Positions 59,304-64,000 of a DNA stretch of 64,000 bases are shown one piece after another. Under the pieces are notes generated by a model, which saw nothing but the letters and a program-made list of their open reading frames with translations, searched no databases and had not been told where the DNA came from. The translations under genes and the position numbers were made by a program. The stretch's first letter is position 1, and the number at the start of each line of letters is the position of its first letter. This stretch comes from a virus, in the IMG/VR virus record IMGVR_UViG_3300033153_008400, positions 32,001 to 96,000 of that record; one strand, given 5' to 3'.

Positions 59304-59367
59304 CAAACATACAAAATTAATTCTAACTAAAAAAATTAGTAATTTTATATATTTTTCACTAAATTTG
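59304..59367. promoter_or_regulatory. Divergent Bacteroidota-type promoters with a central palindrome
   Basis: TATGTTTG on the - strand (59304-59311), TAAATTTG on the + strand (59360-59367), and TAACTAA-N5-TTAGTAA between them (59324-59342). Confidence 0.5.
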
Positions 59368-59392
59368 TGAGTAACATTTAAAAACTACATTT

Positions 59393-59686
59393 ATGACAGC
59401 AGAAAAAGATAAAAAAGCACCTATCAAATTAAAAGCAAAACCAGTATATGATCCAGCTAAGAAATACACTTGGCCTAAGGATGCAATATTTGAATTAACA
59501 GGAGATCAATTTGGTCTTTGGTTAAATTCTGTAAGGAATAAAGTAACATCTAAAGAAGCTATGAATTATAGAATAGCTTTTGAAGCAAATAATGTTATTG
59601 AAGGTATAATGGCTAAAGGCGTTGAAGCTGGTGTCATTACAGAAATGGAACAATCTCAACAAAATGGCAAAGAAAACAACTCATAA
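59393..59686 (+). CDS. Hypothetical protein
   Basis: 97-aa ORF downstream of a TAAATTTG box, with an A-rich leader. Confidence 0.65.
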   Translation: MTAEKDKKAPIKLKAKPVYDPAKKYTWPKDAIFELTGDQFGLWLNSVRNKVTSKEAMNYRIAFEANNVIEGIMAKGVEAGVITEMEQSQQNGKENNS

Positions 59687-59783
59687 AAAAGCACCAAAGG
59701 TACATATTCAAAAAGGTCCTTCCCGTAATTATATGCGAGAGGCAGATCAAATGAAACCTTCTCAAAAGAGAAATAAAACATAA
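59664..59783 (+). CDS. Small basic protein, 39 aa (absent from the ORF track)
   Basis: MAKKTTHKKAPKVHIQKGPSRNYMREADQMKPSQKRNKT; ATG in an A-rich context overlapping the upstream gene end; finishes before the terminator. Confidence 0.5.
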   Translation: MAKKTTHKKAPKVHIQKGPSRNYMREADQMKPSQKRNKT

Positions 59784-59814
59784 TCATGCATACTTGGTAC
59801 TCTGTGAAAGTAGA

Positions 59815-59844
59815 GGGGCCTCTTATTAATTTAAGAGGCCTTTT
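59815..59844. terminator. Terminator between convergent operons
   Basis: ggcctctta-ttaatt-taagaggcc followed by tttt, located at the +/- convergence point. Confidence 0.75.
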
Positions 59845-59849
59845 GTGTG

Positions 59850-60338
59850 TTATTTGATAACGATAAAGTTCTTTCCTGCACCTTTAAAGTATGTTATTCC
59901 TTTATTTAGTTTCTCAGATATACCCCGAGCTAATTCTATTTCAGGTCCTCTGTTTGTATCATCTACTATGATAGGTACAGATGTATCGAACAGGTGTATA
60001 TTATATAAGAATCCTTCACGACCTATGTTCCCAGGAGGACCATCTACCAGAATCATGTCATATTTTACACCTTTGAGTGCAGCTCTTATTGCTATTAACG
60101 AATACCATTTATAATTACGATAAGTTTGTATTGGAGCATATATGTAATTAGAGTCTTCTACATGATTTAACCATCCTTTGTTATGTTCTATTGAATATAC
60201 TTTCCACTTTTTGATTAATTCAGTTGTTCCTGTACCACTACCTAATTCCAATATGGTTTTACCTTCTTCTAAGTTATCAACAATCCATTTGTATAGTTCA
60301 GTGGATATTGCCCACCCATTTAAATTTTTTTCATTCAT
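59850..60338 (-). CDS. Class I SAM-dependent methyltransferase
   Basis: ILELGSGTGT motif I, SIEH, YDMILVDGP, IIVDD. Confidence 0.8.
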   Translation of the reverse strand: MNEKNLNGWAISTELYKWIVDNLEEGKTILELGSGTGTTELIKKWKVYSIEHNKGWLNHVEDSNYIYAPIQTYRNYKWYSLIAIRAALKGVKYDMILVDGPPGNIGREGFLYNIHLFDTSVPIIVDDTNRGPEIELARGISEKLNKGITYFKGAGKNFIVIK

Positions 60339-60344
60339 AATTGT

Positions 60345-60968
60345 TTATATGTGTTGGTTAAGGACTTTGAATTTTTCAATCCAACCAAATCCTTTTTTGT
60401 TATAATGTAAGTCACTGTGAAATGCATTTAAGCAAAATTCAGAAAAGTAAGTGTGTTTTATTTGTGATTTGAATGCTAATAATCGTGTTTTCTTTTCAAC
60501 ATAAAAATCATTAATTTCTACGGCTAAGTTAGGAACCCACATTGTATCAGCAGATGGAGTAAAGTATTCATATAAATTATACTTAGATACCCTAGAGAGC
60601 GAACGACCTAAATTACTAACTTTAACATGGAAGAAATGATTATCTTCTCTACAGGGGATAAATATTGCATCATACTGTTGTAAATTATATTCTTTTTCTA
60701 ATTTATAGACAGCTATGTCTTGTTTAAATTTATTAGGTTCTAGTCCTTCGATATAGATTATGTTTACATTTTCAACATCTTTCCAAAAAGCTATCACTTC
60801 TTCATACCTAGTCTTATTCTTAGTCAAATCTAAGTCACCTCCAAAGCTGAATACATAGATATCAAATACAGTAGATTTAAATTTTAAAATAGTTCCACTC
60901 ATTGAGTATTCTATATCGTCTGGATGTGGACTCAGACACATAACACGATCATTATTTAAGAATTTCAT
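60345..60968 (-). CDS. PIG-L/LmbE-family N-deacetylase
   Basis: LSPHPDDIE metal motif, DNHFFH, K...L.AFKSQ, IEKF. Confidence 0.85.
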   Translation of the reverse strand: MKFLNNDRVMCLSPHPDDIEYSMSGTILKFKSTVFDIYVFSFGGDLDLTKNKTRYEEVIAFWKDVENVNIIYIEGLEPNKFKQDIAVYKLEKEYNLQQYDAIFIPCREDNHFFHVKVSNLGRSLSRVSKYNLYEYFTPSADTMWVPNLAVEINDFYVEKKTRLLAFKSQIKHTYFSEFCLNAFHSDLHYNKKGFGWIEKFKVLNQHI

Positions 60969-61825
60969 ATACTTGGCATTGATTTGAATAATTTTCCAGT
61001 ATAAAATTTAATACCATTCCTACGTAAGAAATCACGTAAATCTTCTGTTATTGGGTTTTGTTCACCATATATCTTCATATCATTTAAATCATAAATGATT
61101 ATTGATTCAGGTAATCCTAATTCTATTCTATTTTTAAGTGGATTATATCCTAAAAATTTTACACCTTTAATTCCTTTTGCAGGGCATAAAACATCATACC
61201 ATCTTTTTAAAATAGGAAGTAATAATTCTGCTCTTTCTTTAGGAAGCAATACTTTTTTAGGATACATGTTTTTCCTAATGACTTTACAAGGTACTCCTGC
61301 AGCCAATGATCCAGAGGGTATATCTTTAGTAATTATGCTACCAATACCTATTACAGTATTATTACCAATGGTAGTATTAGGTAAGACAATACATCTGGCT
61401 GGTAACCATACATTATCTTCTATAGTAACAGGACCAAAATCAGCAGGAAATCCTTGTAGGATATCCAACCATGCTCCGTGTGTCCAGATCATGACACCGT
61501 CGCCTATACCAACATCATTCCCTATTTTAACAGGGCTATTTGGGTTTATTACGGTATTCTCAAAAATACCAACATGGTCTCCTATTTCAACAGTAGCCTC
61601 TGGATTCTTATGACCACCTCTACCAACTTCAACGTTCTTTCCCATATATAAGTAATCACCTGCTGTAAATGTTTGACAATTTATTGTACAACCATCTTTG
61701 ATAACACAACAATCTCCTAGTCTGAATGTACCTTTGACATTAATCTTAACATTATTTCCTATTACGCAGTTTTTACCATAAAGGATTTTATCTGCATTTA
61801 TCATTGCGTTTTTATGTATGCTCAT
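60965..61825 (-). CDS. Hexapeptide-repeat (LbH) sugar acetyltransferase
   Basis: IGDHVGI, IGNDVGIG...IWTH, PVTIEDNVWL...IGNNTVIG.GS.ITKDIP...AAGVPCKVIR. Confidence 0.9.
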   Translation of the reverse strand: MSIHKNAMINADKILYGKNCVIGNNVKINVKGTFRLGDCCVIKDGCTINCQTFTAGDYLYMGKNVEVGRGGHKNPEATVEIGDHVGIFENTVINPNSPVKIGNDVGIGDGVMIWTHGAWLDILQGFPADFGPVTIEDNVWLPARCIVLPNTTIGNNTVIGIGSIITKDIPSGSLAAGVPCKVIRKNMYPKKVLLPKERAELLLPILKRWYDVLCPAKGIKGVKFLGYNPLKNRIELGLPESIIIYDLNDMKIYGEQNPITEDLRDFLRRNGIKFYTGKLFKSMPSI

Positions 61826-62624
61826 TTGATTGATTTTTATTATAAGTTATTATTTCTTCTTGTATATCATCTACATATTGACAAGTATTGAACCAATGAC
61901 TACCCGTTCTTTTTCTTAGATTAATATATTTTTTACTTAGATGTTCAGTAAGTGAATTTTCTATATCATTCAGTGGTATTACCTTAGTTAAGAATTTAGT
62001 ACAATATGCTTCAGTCATAGCAGTACATTTGATATTGTAGCCATTAACTAATTTAGGAATAGCATTGAATCCCTCTTCAATTAATAATTTAAGTTGCTCC
62101 TGGGAGATGATCAAAGATGACTGATGTAGATTCTTGGGTTCCATAAAGTCTTCCCCATTTATTGTTACTATCTTGCCTAGACCTCTGTAAGATGCGTGGA
62201 AGGCTGGTAGTAATTTCCTGCCTTTGTCTTCCTCATAGGTGAGGTTTCCAATAATGTAACCATCTAGTTTATTTTCGCCATAGCTATATTTGACAAACTG
62301 TTTAAAATTCTTTTCATTGAAAGCTATATCGTCTTCTAAATGTATGAATATATCATAGTCATTGACTTTAGATAGCATATCTGCTCTATATAACCATATA
62401 AATTCGGGTTCTGGTTGCCAGCCATTGGCCCACACGGAATTACTGAAGACCTTGGGCTTGATTATGACGCTGACGACGAGTTCAGTGTCCAAATTGAGTG
62501 CTTCTGTAGTATAAATGATGACATCTAAGTCTAAATCAAAGGATTTTAAGTTATTTAATATTTTATTTACATGTCTAACTTTCTTATTGCCTTCATAATT
62601 TGTTATATATACTAATCCTTTCAT
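61812..62624 (-). CDS. Putative GT-A glycosyltransferase
   Basis: YDIFIHLEDDI acidic motif and late EHLS..Y; lies in a glycan-modification operon. Confidence 0.6.
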   Translation of the reverse strand: MKGLVYITNYEGNKKVRHVNKILNNLKSFDLDLDVIIYTTEALNLDTELVVSVIIKPKVFSNSVWANGWQPEPEFIWLYRADMLSKVNDYDIFIHLEDDIAFNEKNFKQFVKYSYGENKLDGYIIGNLTYEEDKGRKLLPAFHASYRGLGKIVTINGEDFMEPKNLHQSSLIISQEQLKLLIEEGFNAIPKLVNGYNIKCTAMTEAYCTKFLTKVIPLNDIENSLTEHLSKKYINLRKRTGSHWFNTCQYVDDIQEEIITYNKNQSNEHT

Positions 62625-63163
62625 TTTTTTACTAATATGGTTAGACCATTATTATTTGTGAATCTTTCTTTAATACTCCATTCAGGATTATCTTCCATAA
62701 ATTCTTCAATAGCTGGCCATAGTCCTAATCTGGAAAGTCCATCATATGATTCACCTATATAAGCATATGTAGTAGTATCATGAAAAATAAGATATTTACT
62801 TACTTTTGGAGCATGTAGTTTAAGTTCTACAGATAGTTGATCATAATTATGAAGAGTATCAATAAACAATAATTCAGTAGGGTCTATCTCTATTTCTAAG
62901 GTATTACCTATTATAAATTGAAAATTTGTATAATTTTCTTCTAAAGCTTGTTTTTGAAGAGGTTTCCAATCACAATTTCTTATATCATATGATATTAATG
63001 TATAAGGATGTCCAGCCAGTAAAGCATATGTAGAAACAATTCCTCTAACTCCCATTTCTGTTACATGTCTACATTTTTTAGCATATCTTTTCAGAATAGG
63101 TAAGTGTTCGTTTATGTCTGAGGGTTTATCCCACAGTTCTTGATATTTATTTTCTATGTTCAT
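62621..63163 (-). CDS. Class I SAM-dependent methyltransferase (Methyltransf_24-like)
   Basis: SDINEHL, VTEMGVRGIVST, LLFIDTLH.Y, YLIFHDT, NNNGLTIL. Confidence 0.8.
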   Translation of the reverse strand: MNIENKYQELWDKPSDINEHLPILKRYAKKCRHVTEMGVRGIVSTYALLAGHPYTLISYDIRNCDWKPLQKQALEENYTNFQFIIGNTLEIEIDPTELLFIDTLHNYDQLSVELKLHAPKVSKYLIFHDTTTYAYIGESYDGLSRLGLWPAIEEFMEDNPEWSIKERFTNNNGLTILVKK

Positions 63164-63923
63164 TACAATAATCTTTAAGTTGTTGTTGATAATCTATATC
63201 CCAGTGAGGATTTAGTACAATGTTACCTGTAGGAATGTTTCCTTTAACACGTTCACTTTCTATGTGCTCAGAATTCCTTACTACAATATTAGGTCTTGTA
63301 TCGTTGTCTTTGCCTAAGCCTGATTGATGATAGGACCTATTTGCCCAGTAATAGAACCAACTTACTTCATCATCTGGAGGGAATGCTCGAACAACTTTTT
63401 CATCACCCAGAGCTCTGATGGATACAACCAATACCATGTCTCCACCTGCATTCATGAGTGGACTCTTTCCGATGGCTTCCCATGCCCCTTTGGAGTACAC
63501 TATACCTGAATTACCTATAGTCATTATCTTAGATATTTTCTTATTGTTATAAGCTACTCCTCGGTTCCAATGTAATAAGTTAGTGTCCTTCTTCCAATAC
63601 TTAACTACATTCTGTAAGTGGTTAGGCATAGCTATGTCATCATCATCCCACACAGCTATTAGCGGCCCTTTACAGAGTTCTATAGCATAGTTCTCTTTCT
63701 CACCTATCAGTGGAAAGGTATCATCAAGGTTATATATCTTTACTTGAGGATGACTAAATTTTAATTTTTGTAGTGGATAGTCATTTACAATGATGAGTTC
63801 ACACTTATCAGCAGGATAGTCCTGGATAAGAAAACTATGGAGAGCCTCTTCTAATGTAGGGACTCTGCCGTGCGTGATGCACTTGCATGAAATCATAGGA
63901 TATTCTTTATCTTTATCATACAT
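63147..63923 (-). CDS. GT2-family glycosyltransferase
   Basis: ISCKCITHGR...LEEAL.SFLIQDY...ELIIVND...IGEKENYA...IAVWDDDD. Confidence 0.85.
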   Translation of the reverse strand: MYDKDKEYPMISCKCITHGRVPTLEEALHSFLIQDYPADKCELIIVNDYPLQKLKFSHPQVKIYNLDDTFPLIGEKENYAIELCKGPLIAVWDDDDIAMPNHLQNVVKYWKKDTNLLHWNRGVAYNNKKISKIMTIGNSGIVYSKGAWEAIGKSPLMNAGGDMVLVVSIRALGDEKVVRAFPPDDEVSWFYYWANRSYHQSGLGKDNDTRPNIVVRNSEHIESERVKGNIPTGNIVLNPHWDIDYQQQLKDYCNEHRK

Positions 63924-63999
63924 ATTTGTAACTTGTTTTATTTTTAATATTTCTTCTATTAGTTAATTGATCACGTAATGTACTAGGATTCATACCTAA
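63916..63999 (-). CDS. 3' end of a truncated gene, possibly a NUMOD1/HTH tail of a homing endonuclease
   Basis: Open frame from the window edge, LGMNPSTLRDQLTNRRNIKNKTSYKYV*, whose stop overlaps the GT2 start; only 27 aa are visible. Confidence 0.35.
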   Translation of the reverse strand, partial: LGMNPSTLRDQLTNRRNIKNKTSYKYV

Positions 64000-64000
64000 G

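Noticed and set aside
61095-61613. 172-aa plus-strand ORF and other short antisense ORFs inside long genes
   Set aside because: They lie wholly antisense to well-supported genes and have no recognisable motifs.
1-64000. Stop-codon reassignment (TAG or TGA), known in some crAss-like phages
   Set aside because: Coding density is near complete under the standard code, including a 6405-aa ORF. TAG ends genes at sensible boundaries (e.g. TAG TAG TAA at 2325-2333). The two in-frame TAG junctions (2999/3000 and 52085/52089) each have a plausible downstream ATG.
1-64000. Eukaryotic or giant-virus origin suggested by the mucin-like repeats
   Set aside because: Operonic gene packing, the crAss-like gene order, the virion RNAP, the lysis cassette and Bacteroidota promoter boxes all indicate a bacteriophage.

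Overview
AT-rich 64-kb segment of a large crAss-like (Crassvirales-related) podovirus that probably infects a Bacteroidota host. Host evidence: TAnnTTTG promoter boxes, A-rich translation starts without Shine-Dalgarno sequences, a DUF5675-type lysin and a unimolecular-spanin-like lipoprotein. The + strand carries the late/virion operon in crAss-like order: ring proteins, auxiliary capsid protein, tail-hub-position genes, IHF/HU-like protein, muzzle (tail stabilization) protein, three cargo/ejection proteins, a 6405-aa virion RNA polymerase polyprotein (DYDID motif), tail-fibre genes and a lysis cassette. A convergent - strand operon encodes glycosyl-, methyl- and acetyl-transferases and a deacetylase. 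The most striking feature is that nine genes, mostly virion genes, carry mucin-like (T6-8-x-x-P)n tracts with scrambled synonymous codons. The phage also encodes a glycosyltransferase whose motifs resemble plant peptidyl O-glycosyltransferases (CAZy GT95/GT96), directly upstream of a mini-mucin gene and close to the glycan-tailoring operon. This suggests a phage-encoded virion O-glycosylation ('mucin coat') system. Other notable items: a ~70-aa 'GPFDLYS' module reused at the N-terminus of five proteins, a muzzle gene apparently split by such a cassette, Q(D/N)GG motifs that delimit domains in cargo proteins, a candidate ~85-nt sRNA with its own promoter and terminator, and two small ORFs missing from the ORF track. 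All family assignments come from motif recognition by eye and synteny; no database searches were run.
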